Assembly: GCA_951406725.2 (NCBI GenBank)
Contig: OX597829.1
Location: 40,176,001-40,240,000, forward strand
Source of the DNA: Octopus vulgaris
Lineage: Eukaryota
Direction of reading: 5' to 3'
Length of the DNA: 64,000 nucleotides
In this document: piece after piece, positions 1-12,353 of the stretch
How positions within the stretch are numbered: the stretch's first letter is position 1
How the letters are laid out: every line of letters begins with the position of its first letter
Translations under genes and position numbers: made by a program
The notes under the pieces: generated by a model
Seen by the model: the letters and a program-made list of their open reading frames with translations, nothing else
Databases searched by the model: none
What the model was told of the DNA's origin: nothing

Positions 1-225
1 CTGTACAACCAGTCATCATTGCCTCTCCCTCGAACCATTTCCTGTTGGCGTCCATCTCTCTCTAGCACCATCGACCATCCCATTTTATCTCATATTTTAC
101 CAGCCAAAGAACCACCCCACTTCTGGTTATCACCTTCCTCCCTTTTTAACATTGATTACCCCCTTCTCTGTTTATGTTTGGCCCTCCCTACATCCATTAA
201 TTTTCATCTTTCTCTCCCTATTCAC

Positions 226-1495
226 CAGTGGTGGCTCGTGTATAGGAACTCCGAAACTGCAGCAACCCCTATTTCCACTCGATATTACCGATAACATTCT
301 ATATAATTCTTTATTTATACTTGTACATTATATAATCCTTAAGCTTAATGTTAATAGTCTTCCCCTGGTTTATGAAATAAATAAATAAATAATCCTTTTA
401 TAGAACTCTGCGCTTCACAGTTCCAGCGACGCGATGTTTGGCTTGTTGTGCGCATGCTCACACGTCCGAGATAGGAAGCTTTACGCTAGGGAGAGAGAGC
501 ACTGTCGTTCACGCAATGCCGGTGGAAGGTAGGGTTTCTTTTTGACTCCGCGTTTGTTGCGCTTAAAAACATGTTTATATTCTTGAATGTGATAAAGTGT
601 AGAATTAGATTATTATCCTGCTTCAGTATTGTTGCTAGGATTTGAAAAATAAGGCAATTTCCCTCACCCTTATTTTGTGATTTAGTAGGGATTTTTGAAA
701 AATAAGGGGTAATTCGCAGCGGCGTTCAGAGAATAAATTAAACACGCAAACCGGTAATGGCTAAAACGCGAACCGATTAAGTTTATGAATAAATATTCGT
801 TTTATGTTTCCTTTTACACAATATTCTTTTCTACTCTGGGCACAAGGCCCGAAATTTTGGCGGAGGGGACCAGTCGATTAGATCGACCTCAGTACGCAAC
901 TGGTACTTAATTTATCGACCCCGAAAGGATGAAAGGCAAAGTCGATCTCGGCGGAATTTGAACTCAGAACGTAGCGGCAGACGAAATGCCTATTTCTTTA
1001 CTACCCACAAGGGGCTAAATACAGAGAGGACAAACAAGGACAGACACACGGATTAAGTCGATTATATCGACCCCAGTGCGTAACTGGTACTTATTTAATC
1101 GACCCCGAAAGGATGAAAGGCAAAGTCGACCTCGGCGGAATTTGAACTCAGAACGTAGCGGCAGACGAAATACCTATTTCCCATTTCTTTACTACCCACA
1201 AGGGGCTAAACACAGAGAAGACAAACAAGCACAGACAAACGGATTAAGTCGATTATAATCGACCCCGGTGCGTTACTGGTACTTATTTAATCGACCCCGA
1301 AAGGATGAAAGGCAAAGTCGACCTCGGTGGAATTTGAACACAGAATTTGAACGGCAGACGAAATACTGCTAAGCATTTCGCCCGGCGTGCTAACGATTCT
1401 GCCAGCTCACCGCCTTCTTTCACACAATATTAAAACAACGGCTAAAACTTTTCTGTAGCAGCACCCCTACTAATTTTATCGACGAGCCGCCACTG
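226..1495. mobile_element. Non-autonomous hAT-like DNA transposon containing a nested SINE-A trimer
   Basis: TIRs CAGTGGTGGCTCGT (226) and ACGAGCCGCCACTG (ends 1495); 8-bp TSD ctattcac/ctcttcac (7 of 8 match). Confidence 0.8.
826..1416 (-). mobile_element. SINE family A (tRNA-derived, Meta-domain-like body), one head with three tandem bodies
   Basis: Head GGCGGTGAGCTGGCAGAATCGTTAGC and B-box-like GAGTTCAAATTCC; core GCCTTTCATCCTTTCGGGGTCGAT occurs three times; 15-bp TSD cttt(t/c)acacaatatt at 811-825 and 1417-1431. Confidence 0.9.
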
Positions 1496-2681
1496 CTCTT
1501 CACACTCTTGCAAACTTCATCTAACCCTCCTAATCTAATTCTCTCTCTCTCTCTCTCTCCCTCTCTCTCACTCCCCCTCTCTCTCTTTCTATCCTCTGTT
1601 TATCTCCTTGTATATTTTGCCCTGAAGATATGAATACATATCAGTTATAGGGAAACAGTGACCCGAGAACTTTCTCACTAAGCCTAAAGAAAAATTGCCC
1701 TGAATTCTTTCAGCAGTGTTGTTCGCCTGAGGATGTGCCAGCCACATGCGGCCCGCTTTTCAAAATAGATACCCATGTTATAGGGTATTGAGAATTCCCT
1801 AACTGGATCTTTTCTGATTGGTTGTCAATTTTCAGTCTCTTCAATTTCTGTTCGAATCGGTATCATATTTGGTGTAATGATGTAGTTTTATATGCTAGTC
1901 AATGCTATGAAATACATTTTCGACATAATCAATAGATAAAAGTTTGCAAATTTTGAGTAATTTTAGCAAATCGTAAGCCAGAGGCACATTCATGTCTATT
2001 CCCATAGCAACAAGCCAAACATGAAAAATCTTTTGTCAGCGAAGTAATATTGGTTGATAGATATATTCTACATTGTGTTCGGTTGCTTGTGCCCATCTGC
2101 TGCTTGTACCATGGTCGAGAGATATGCTAAAAATAACAGCGAAATAGGCCTTAAATCACGTACCCCCTCCAATTTCATTTTGCATAATCGTATGAATTCT
2201 TGAGTGCATAATACAAATTCGCAAAAAACTTTTCTGAAAATTCCAAAAGATAAAAACGTTTTGAGGGGTTATAATGGCGTGCGTATAGCAGAAGATGATT
2301 TATTTACAGTTTCATATTAAAACGCGTTACACACAAAATGAAAGCTTTCTAAATCCTGTTTTCTGACTATGCAAAATTTATCAAATCTTAAATCTCTATA
2401 ACTTTTTAAAAAAAATTTCTGGAAAAATGTCTCCTGAGATTCAGCCTAGAAAACTACATTAATATAACCAGACTTTGAAGTTTCCACAGCTGCAGCCAAA
2501 TAGAAAAGACCCCCTTAGCTTTACACGATAAAAAGCAACCTTAACAAATGGTGGTTTCTCGAAAATATGCACCAAGTGCTCTCTGTAGAATTGATAAATG
2601 AGTAAAGATGATATTCAGCTGAAATGATATTTTAGTCTTGACGAGGACATGACAACCTCTTTAGTGCGAGTGCCAACATAA

Positions 2682-2981
2682 GGAGGCACATAGCCTAAAG
2701 GTTAGAACTGCGGGCTCGCGGGTTCGAATCTCAGACCGGGCGATGTGTGTGTTTATGAGCGGAATACCTAAGCTCCACCTAAGCTCCACGCGGCTACGGC
2801 AGAAGATAATGACGAACTTCTGCAGACTCTTTCGCTTCAAATTTCTCTCGCTCTTTCCTCCTGCATCTTGCAGCTCACCTGCGACGGACCGGCGTCCCGT
2901 CCAGGTGGGGAACCTATACGCCAAGGAAATCGGAAAACCGGTCCTTATGAGCCAGACATGGCTCGAGAAGGAACAAACAAA
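2682..2981 (+). mobile_element. SINE family D-related copy with V-domain-like tail
   Basis: tRNA-like head GGAGGCACATAGCCTAAAGGTTAG...GGTTCGAATCTC; body similar to the copy at 27013; tail CCTGCGACGGACCGGCGTCCCGTCCAGG followed by (AAAC)n. Confidence 0.75.
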
Positions 2982-3211
2982 CAGTGCAATTTACATGTAA
3001 AGCAGCTGGTGATAGCAAGGGTATCTCGCAGGGGAACCAAGTTAAAAATGAAATGTAGGATCGCGATGTAGTCCCAAAGGCGTAGCCAGGTTTTAAAGTT
3101 AGGGAGAGCGACCACATAAAAGAAAAAAAAAATGCCGTTATCCACACCAAATAATTTAAAACTCATTTTTGTTATACATTAAGCGAAATATTTCATCGGT
3201 TATAATATAAG

Positions 3212-3918
3212 TAATTGTATTCAACATTCATTAATTTCATGTTTCAGTAACAATGACATTACGTATGAAACTTATAACTGCTGATATAAGTGTGACGTGG
3301 AAAAAGATGAAACCCCACGGATCGTCCAGCATCGAGAGGTTATGATATTAGGGGGATCTTTTCGGTTTGAACGGCAGTTTTTTCTAGCGGTGTCATATGA
3401 AATTGTCACCCATAATTATGACCCTAGAATCGATCTATTGCATTTCAATCTCTTTTAGGGTAAGGGTTAGTTAGGGTTAGGGTTAGGAGTGGGGAAGGGT
3501 ATCTTTTCTTCAGAAATGTAAATAAACCCAATCTGTTTCTTAAACAAGGGACATATTCATACGGCACAGAATGCTTTTTAACTCAATAGACGTCATTGAT
3601 TGGTTGAAATTGCAGAAATTGAAGAAAAACAAACAACAAATATCTTACAAACAATAGAATTTTCTCAATAAAGCCAAGAGAAAAAGATGTTTTATAAACA
3701 CATTCTACCAGTATACGAAGTTTAAAAGTGTTTAGTTACGTGGAAATTATTTTAAAAAACTGCCGGTCAAACCGGAAAGATCCTAATTGTATTCAACATT
3801 CATTAATTTCATGTTTCAGTAACAATGACGTTACGTATGAAACTTACAACTGCTGATATAAGTGTGACGTGGAAAAAAGATGAAACTCCACGGATCGTCC
3901 AGCATCGAGAGGTTATGA
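3212..3918. repeat. About 134-bp direct repeat (3212-3345 and 3784-3918) flanking MITE-E
   Basis: TAATTGTATTCAACATTC...CATCGAGAGGTTATGA occurs on both sides with few differences. Confidence 0.9.
3354..3783 (+). mobile_element. MITE family E (about 420 bp, GG termini)
   Basis: TIRs GGATCTTTTCGGTTTGAACGGCAGTTTTT and AAAAACTGCCGGTCAAACCGGAAAGATCC; six homologous copies in the window; internal TTAGGG units. Confidence 0.9.
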
Positions 3919-4304
3919 CGTAAAGGTTTGTTTTGGTTCTCCAGATGTCAACTGACACCAACACATCACATGAGATTGAGGAGACAGCTCAAAACCAAGG
4001 GAGCGTAGTCAAATAAAGTAATGACCCCAGCAAATATTTCCAATGTCTTGCGATTAACGAAAAAAGAAACTTTTATCGCACAAGTGAACTAAAGAGTTTT
4101 TTTTTTAATGTTGAAAAGGCGGCAATTTTGAAAAATGTGCTTGGCGGGAGTGGTCGTACCCCTTGTTCCCCTATTAGCTACGTCATTGCGTAGTCCTTCA
4201 CGCTTTCTAGGCGGGGACAGTAATTTCGAATAAGAACTGACTTGGACTGATGCGATCCGTCCAAGCGACATTAGCTAAGAAAATGGACATAAAATAATGG
4301 TGAT

Positions 4305-4465
4305 CACATACACACACATACTCGCGACGGGCTTCTTTCAGTTTCCGTCTATCTAATCCACTCACAACGTCCAAGGCTATAATAGAAACACTTGCCCAAG
4401 CTACCACGCAGTGAGACTGAACCCGGCACGATGTGGCTGGGAACCAAACTTCTTACCACTCAGTC
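4305..4465 (-). mobile_element. SINE family B, partial 5' region
   Basis: Matches GACGGGCTTCTTTCAGTTTCCGTCTA...CACTTGCCCAAG of the full copies. Confidence 0.75.
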
Positions 4466-4477
4466 AGACATATACAC

Positions 4478-4693
4478 GCTGGCAGAACCGTTAGCGCGCC
4501 GGGTGAAATGCTAAGCGGTATTTCGTCTGTCGTTACGTTCTGAGTTCAAATTCCGCCGAGGTCGACTTTGCCTTTCATCCTTTCGGGGTCGATAAATAAA
4601 GTACCAGTTACGCACTGGAGTCGATGTAATCGACTTAATGTCTGTCCTTGTTTGTCTCCTCTGTGTTTAGTCCCTTGTGGGTAGTAAAGAAAT
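4478..4693 (+). mobile_element. SINE family A monomer
   Basis: Head remnant plus one body ending GTAGTAAAGAAAT. Confidence 0.9.
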
Positions 4694-4789
4694 ATATATA
4701 CACACTCACCCAGTCCGACAATATATATATTCCCTTTCGCCTGTTGACTCATCGGGAAGCATAAGCAAAACTATATTTTGGCGGACTAG

Positions 4790-5380
4790 CGGCGAGCTGG
4801 CAGAAACGTTAGCAGGCCGGGCGAAATGCTTAGCGGTATTTCGTCTGCGTTACGTTGTGAGTTCAAATTCTGCCGAGGTCGACTTTGCCTTTCATCCTTT
4901 CGGGGTCGATAAATTAAGTACCAGTTACGCACTGGGGTCGATGTAATCGACTTAATACCTATGTCTGTCCTTGTTTGTCCCCTCTGTGTTTAGCTCCTTG
5001 TGGGTAATAAAGAAATAGGTATTTCGTCTGTCGTTACGTTCTGAGTTCAAATCCGCCGAGGTCGACTTTGCCTTTCATCCTTTCGGGGTCGATAAATTAA
5101 GTACCAGTTACGCACTGGGGTCGATGTAATCGACTTAATACCTATGTCTGTCCTTGTTTGTCCCCTCTCTGTTTAGCCCCTTGAGGGTAGTAAAGAAATA
5201 GGTATTTCGTCTGCGGTTACGTTCTGAGTTCAAATTCCGCCGAGGTCGACTTTGCCTTTCATCCTTTCGGGGTCGATTAAATATGAACCAGTCAATCACT
5301 TGTACAATCGACTTAATCCCCTTGTTTGTCCCCTCTATGTTTAGCCCCCTGTGGGCAATAAAGAAATTTTTTTTTTTTTC
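4790..5380 (+). mobile_element. SINE family A, one head with three tandem bodies
   Basis: Three units of about 183 bp joined at GAAATAGGT/ATTTCGTCTG; TSD GGCGGACTAGCG at 4780-4791 and 5381-5392. Confidence 0.9.
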
Positions 5381-5493
5381 GGCGGACTAGCGATTATGAA
5401 TTTAAAAATTCTTATTCATTCTCAGACTTATCTTTGAATACTTTATTCCAAGTGGCCAGACATAGCTTCTTTTTGAACTTGTTCTCTCTAGAA

Positions 5494-6204
5494 CAGTGGC
5501 TCACAATCATTTTTTTTTTTTTCACCTGTGTATCCTTTCGATTCCAATTTTACTCAGGTGGATCTTCATAGCCATTTAATACTTTAAAAAAAAAAAATCC
5601 TGTTGTATATTTATACTTGAATATTATAAGGAATTGTGTTAAAAAAAAATTGTTAAAATACTTTGCGTATCATGGAAGTAAAACCGATTTTATTGCATCT
5701 AAACTTTAACCAAAAAAAAAAATCGGATCTTTTCGGTTTGAACGGCAGTTTTTTCTAGCGGTGTCATATGAAATTGTCACCCATAATTATGACCCTAGTA
5801 TCGATCTATTGCATTTCAATCTGTTTTAGGGTTAGGGGTGGGAGAAGGGTATCTTTTTTTTTTCTTTACAAATGTAAATACACCCAATCTGTTTCTTAAA
5901 CGAGGGACATATTCATACGGCACAGAATGTTTTCAGCTCAATAGACGTCATTGATTGGTTGAAATTGCAGAAATTGAAGAAAAAAAACAACAAATATGTT
6001 ACAAACTATAGAATTTTCTCAATAAAGCCAAGAGAAAAAAAAGATGTTTTATAAACACATTCTACCAGTATACGAAGTTTAAAAGTGTTTAGTTACGTGG
6101 AAATTATTTAAAAAAAACTGCCGGTCAAACCGAAAAGATCCAAAAAATCTTACAAGGACCTCCTTCCTCCCCAGGGTCATATGGACCCCGGCTGAGAAAC
6201 ACTG
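5494..6204. mobile_element. Degenerate hAT (Charlie-like) MITE hosting a MITE-E
   Basis: Ends CAGTGGCTCACAA and CTGAGAAACACTG; both flanks contain a CTA core, but the TSD itself is poorly conserved. Confidence 0.5.
5725..6141 (+). mobile_element. MITE family E
   Basis: Complete TIRs; perfect 8-bp TSD AAAAAATC. Confidence 0.95.
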
Positions 6205-6899
6205 ACCTAAGGTATGGGAGAGAGCGAGAGAGAAAAAGAGAGAGAGAGAGAGAGGGGGATCTTTTCCAATACATACGAATGGCAATGGAGACAGATGTAC
6301 TCATCAACACAGAAAAGAGTGAAGGAGAGAGAGATAAAGAAAAGGTAAGAGCGAGATACCCATATATATATATATACACACACAGTGTACAATAGAATAT
6401 ACTAACATATATACATACATACATACATACACATGTACGCACGCACACGCTACAAAACACTTTGACAGACACGAATACATGGGTGTACACACACACACAC
6501 ACACACACACCTACACACGTACGCACAAACAAATACACACACACACACACACACACACACCTACACACAAACTCGACACACACTCACACACCCGTATTAT
6601 ATAGGTAAGACACATACATACACACTACATATACATCCACAATGAGTACACACCGACACCCGAGGATTTTTCTTTTTTTTACCCTTTTCCACCACCACCA
6701 CCACCACCCCAACAACTCCTCTCTCTCCTCTACCCAACATAATAACCCCCACCCCCACCCTCACCTTGGTCTTCTTTCTTTTCCTTCTTTCTGTCTATCA
6801 TTCACTTAACACGCCGACCCCCCACCCCCATCCCGATCTTCCTCTCTCCATCGTCACCCAACTCTTTCTTTTTTTCGTCTCCACAAACTCTCTTTCTCT

Positions 6900-6930
<31 letters not shown>

Positions 6931-7049
6931 ACTCACTTTCTTGCTATATCTTTCACTCTCTCTCTCTCTCATCGGTATTACCCCTTTCTACTTTCACCAT
7001 GTTTCATTCCCTCCCTCCCTCCCTTTCTGCCAATCAAACACCTATCACT

Positions 7050-7426
7050 CTTAAACTTTCACACACACACACACACACACATACACATGCACACACGCGC
7101 ACGCACACACATACACACGCACACACACACACATGCACACACGCGCACGGACACACACACACACACGCACACACACACATGCACACACGCGCACGCACAC
7201 ACACACATGCACACACACACGCACACACACACACGCGCGCACGCACACACACACACACATACTACTTTTTCTTTCATTTTCTCACTTTGTCTTTCTGTGT
7301 ATCTATTTCCCCATTCTTGCACACACAAACTCGCATGCGCGCACACAGAGACGCACATACATATCTCTAACATACATACACACACACACACACAAGTACG
7401 TATAGACATAAACACACACACACGTG

Positions 7427-7464
<38 letters not shown>

Positions 7465-7580
7465 AGCACACACACACGCGCGCACACACACATATATTTA
7501 TAAACACATGTACACGCATATACACCTACATATTTACGTGGACACACGTACACATAGCTACACATACACACACACAAAAC
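7050..7580. repeat. Degenerate (CA)n/(CACG) microsatellite field
   Basis: Directly visible; source of the HT and CV low-complexity ORFs. Confidence 0.9.
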
Positions 7581-7649
7581 GTACCCGTATACGCGGATAC
7601 TCTCTCACTTTGTGTGTGTGTGTATCTCTCTTTCTCTCTCTCTCTCTCT

Positions 7650-7950
7650 CTCTCAGGCGCGCGCGCGATGATTGTTTTTTTTTTTTTTCCATTTTCACTC
7701 ACTCACTCATTCACTCACTCACTCACTCACTGGCTCACCGACTCACTCGCTCTGTGTGTGTCTCTCTCTCTCACTCTAGCAATCAACGCTTCCACCTCCC
7801 CTTCCATCACCACCACCACCACCATCACCACCATCACCATCACCACCAACATCACCACCACCGCCACTGTCGCCACCACCGCCGCCGCTTGATAGGTAGG
7901 TGTGTCCAGGGAATCACCCGGATGTTGGGCGTGGTATATGGAGTATTAAC
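7650..7950 (+). promoter_or_regulatory. Putative promoter / 5' UTR region of an unidentified gene
   Basis: CpG cluster GGCGCGCGCGCG at 7656, (CACT)n and (CAC)n tracts immediately upstream of a strong Kozak ATG. Inference only. Confidence 0.3.
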
Positions 7951-8616
7951 ATGGCGGATGGAGTGAAAGACAGTCTCTCCGTAGTTAGTACTCTAGTCTC
8001 AGAAACAGACGGACTTATTACTATTATTGTTGTTGTTGTTGTTATTGTTGTTACCACATTCTTGTTTGTTTGTTATTGTTTTGACTATTACTACTACTAC
8101 TACTACAACAACAACAACAACTACTGCGACTATTATTATTATTATTATTATAACTACGATTACGATTGTTGTTGTTGCTGCTGCTGCAGTTCCCGTTGTT
8201 CTCCTCATTATTATTATTATTATTATTATTACTGTTATTATTATTATTATTATCATCATCATCATCAACAAAGTCGCGGACATCGCCGTTGTAGTAGTGG
8301 TTGTAGTGGTGGTTATAGTGGTGGTTGTTGCTGTTGTTGCTATTGTTGTTGTTGTTGTTACCGGTCGCGATTCACGAGAGATTCACAACTTATTAATACT
8401 GTTGCTAAAACCTCCACCGCCGCCGCTGTAGTCGTTGCCGCCGCCGCCGCCGTCACCGTCGCCGTCGCCGCCGCAACCGTCATCATCACCAGCATTGTCA
8501 ACATCATCATCATCATCATCACCACCAACAACAACAACAGGAACGACATCGTATTTGCTGTCGTCGACGCCACCGCCCACCGACCAACAACACTCTCAAA
8601 CTTACAGTTCGCAGGG
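7951..8616 (+). CDS. Candidate first exon (222 codons, low complexity Tyr/Cys/His/Asn/Val/Ala, two hydrophobic stretches); could instead be 5' UTR
   Basis: AACATGG Kozak context at 7951; frame open to the splice donor GG/GTGAGC at 8617 (phase 0); abrupt switch to T-rich intron-like DNA after the donor; repeats here are all trinucleotide. Confidence 0.35.
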
Positions 8617-9164
8617 GTGAGCAAAAAATATTTTTGTTTTCTTTTTTATAATTTTATTTTCTTTTCAAAATTTCATTTATTTATTTATTTATTTTAAACA
8701 TCATTGTTGATATTTATTTATTATTATTACACTATAATTACTGTTTCTTATAGTTGTTGTTATTGCTGTTGTTATTGTTGTACGTGTTGTTAATTTTCTC
8801 AATTAATTAATTTTGAAAAAAATTTTTTCATTCACATTTACTTATTCTTCTCTCTGTCTGTCTGTCTGTTCTCTTGTTTTAATAATTTGAATATGCCGGC
8901 GGCGAGGGTGTGTATTTCGTAGATTTATAACTGATTTTGTTATTTGTATTGATTTTTTTTCTCTCTCTTCACTGAGAGTGAGAGAGAGAGAGAGAGCAAT
9001 AAACAAAACAAAACTAACATTCTCTAAGTATGCACACATGTGCAAACGAATGTGTGTGTGTGTTGATTGATAAATGCATGTGTCTACACGAATATGTGAC
9101 AAACAGGTATATATATATGTATTTGTAAAAACTGTATAGATATTCTCTTATATGTATGTATATA

Positions 9165-9169
9165 TATAT

Positions 9170-9210
<41 letters not shown>

Positions 9211-9485
9211 AAGATAGATGGATATGTAGAGAGATAGATAGATAGATATATAGAAAGATAGATGGATATGTAGAGAGATAGATAGATATATAGAAAGATA
9301 GATGGATATGTAGAGAGATAGATAGATATATAGAAAGATAGATGGATATGTAGAGAGAGAGATAGATATATAGAAAGATAGATGGATATGTAGAGAGATA
9401 GATAGATATATAGAAAGATAGATGGATATGTAGAGAGAGAGATATATAGTGAGATAGATAGATAGATAGATAGAGATAGATAGAC

Positions 9486-9546
<61 letters not shown>
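9165..9546. repeat. (GATA)n array with an embedded 40-bp minisatellite (about 6 copies)
   Basis: Unit TAGAAAGATAGATGGATATGTAGAGAGATAGATAGATATA at about 9207, 9251, 9291, 9331, 9371 and 9411. Confidence 0.9.
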
Positions 9547-9606
9547 CGTAGACACTACATACCCCTAAATACTCGGATGAAAATGCGCGTACACGCACTT
9601 TCATAC

Positions 9607-9639
<33 letters not shown>

Positions 9640-10146
9640 AATATATACACATACACACACACACATTCTCAAACACACAAGAGCGCGTAAAGTATATAGT
9701 GATGTTTTTTTTTCTATCACACCCCTAACACACACACACACACACACACACTGTACACATGTACCCCACAGTACCCGTTGTAAATATATATATAACAATC
9801 ACAGCAACATGCAACCACGTCCACGAAAATTACCTTTCGAATACCACGCATTCACCTACACGCCGACCGACTCACGTATATATATATATATATAAATACT
9901 TACACACACACACATGTGTATATGTGTGTATATATATATATGCACGCGCGCGCAACACACCCACACCGTGGGACGACTGGGTGTCTTCCATTGTCTTCTC
10001 GTTAATTCTTATCTACCTTATAGGTTTTGTGTGTGTGTGTGTGTGTGTGTATTATATCTGAGTCAATATTTTTGTTTATCTTTCAGATGTATAGACGATA
10101 TTCTTACTATTATTCTTATTAATCATTGCTATTGTTGTTATTGTCG

Positions 10147-10181
<35 letters not shown>

Positions 10182-10556
10182 AGTACTGGTATCGATAATG
10201 TTTATGATGATGATGATGATGAAATTTGGTTGCTTTTGCTCACTCACCGTATTATATAGTTAAGTATAGGCGCGACCCTTTCTCGGTCTTTTAAAATTTT
10301 AACCTTTACAAGATAAAACACACACGCACCGATCTCTCTGAGTTTCATTTATATTCGTTTATATCTGTTGGTATATGTAATACTTAGAGACAACGTATAT
10401 ATATATATATATAAATGTATGTGAACGTGTAAGCATTTGTGTATGTGTGTGTGTGTGTGTGTGATATGTTACGAGTTTCGGTTAAGCTCTCTGCTTTATT
10501 CAGACATATGTTTTCACATGTCCAGATACGACGTACACAAACTTGTTCGGCAGTGT

Positions 10557-10587
<31 letters not shown>

Positions 10588-10755
10588 CTTTGTGTGTGGG
10601 TGTGATTGTATGTACATGTAGGAGCGTGCAGATATACGTATGCATGTATGTATGTATGTATGTATGTATGCATGTATGTATGTATGTAGAGTTTGTGCAT
10701 TCACGTGTGTGTGTAAACATGAATTTATATATGAATATGTGTATATGACGTGCGC

Positions 10756-10789
<34 letters not shown>

Positions 10790-10843
10790 ATGAATGTATA
10801 TATGTGTATGTGTGTGCATAGAAATTCCTTTGTTAATGTTTAA

Positions 10844-10886
<43 letters not shown>

Positions 10887-10993
10887 TTATATACATATGT
10901 ATATTATAAATATATGTGTGTATATGTATATATATACACGCATTATATACATATGTATATTATAAATATATGTATAAGTATGTGTGTATATAT

Positions 10994-11047
<54 letters not shown>

Positions 11048-11574
11048 TATACATCTATGTATGTGTGTGTGTGTGTGTATATATATCCCGAACTCTCATT
11101 TCACCTCCCCCATATATTGTTTTATTCTGTTGCTGTTCTTCAACCATTCTATACTGTCTGTCATCACTTCCTCTCTTCTGAGCCACTTGTGTTTGACATA
11201 CACCTCTCCTTCCTGCATTCTCACCTCTCCCTTCATATACACAATCAACCATACCTCCACTTTTACTAGCTGTTCATCCTTAGGCCCTATCTTTATCACC
11301 TCTCACTCTTCAGAGCTTTACCCACCCCTCTTGATATTTTTTCTGTCCCATTTTCTCTTCAGTCACCTTGTGCACTGTACCATACATTATTACACCTTTC
11401 CACCATCATTCTTATCTCTCTTTCCACCTACACCCCAATCATCCCCCCCCCCTGCCATATTTATATTATACAAAATAGCCACGTATCTCTTCCCCTATAA
11501 CCAATCTATTCCTGTCCCATTTATCATACACCAAGCGTCTCCTTCTCAATGATTCTCCCATTTGGTCGAAAAGC

Positions 11575-11830
11575 TTCTTTAGTCTTGTCAGTTACATGGT
11601 GACCTCACTAGTGCTGGTGCCAAGAAAATATATATATATATATATAAAAAAAGGAATTAGTACACGCACTTAAGTGGTTGATATTATGAAAGAAGGCATC
11701 CAGCCATTGAAACCAAACCAAAACAGAGATACTGAATAAAATGTTGTCCACAGATCCGTTGGATTCTGTTGATCCATCAAACCCATGCCGACTTGGAAGA
11801 TAGACATGTAATGATGATGATGATGATGAT
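11575..11830 (+). mobile_element. SINE family C, degenerate copy
   Basis: AAGGCATCCAGCC...AACCCATGCC...(GAT)n tail. Confidence 0.6.
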
Positions 11831-12128
11831 ATATATATATAAACAATGATGATGATGATGATATATATATATAAGTTCAGCAAAATTTAGATTCAAATGA
11901 ATATGGTACTTAAGTCAGAGGCACCAGAATTTTGTATGGTATTATCCATATAAATCCATGGGGTGATTAGAAATAAGTATATGTATTGTCTTTTTGGTGG
12001 AAGAATTCTATAAATGGCTGAAGATTGCTCAACATTTTAAAACTGATGGAATACTTACAATGTTTAATAAAATGAAGTAGCATGAAACGATCGTACCAAA
12101 TTACTGAAGATATACTTGTTGCTTATTT

Positions 12129-12178
<50 letters not shown>

Positions 12179-12263
12179 ATATATATATGTATGTGTATAT
12201 ATATATGTATGTGTATATATATGTATGTGTATATATATATATGTATGTGTATATATATATGTA

Positions 12264-12324
<61 letters not shown>

Positions 12325-12353
12325 AAGTGTGTATATCGCTATTTATATACACA

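Larger units (their letters stand above)
3075..4188. mobile_element. Non-autonomous hAT-like DNA transposon containing a nested MITE-E
   Basis: Degenerate TIRs CAAAGGCGTAGCCA and TAGCTACGTCATTG; 8-bp TSD tgtagtcc (3067-3074) / cgtagtcc (4189-4196). Confidence 0.7.

Noticed and set aside
1076-1258. Recurring small ORFs [25 protein letters not shown] and ..DPERMKGKVDLGGI
   Set aside because: They recur only because they are translations of SINE-A copies.
3455-3490. Interstitial telomere or chromosome fusion site
   Set aside because: Only a few TTAGGG-like units, and they are an internal part of every MITE-E copy.
7424-7966. Poly-His-containing 180-aa ORF
   Set aside because: Stitched from CA, CT and CAC microsatellites with a non-ATG start; more likely promoter or UTR sequence.
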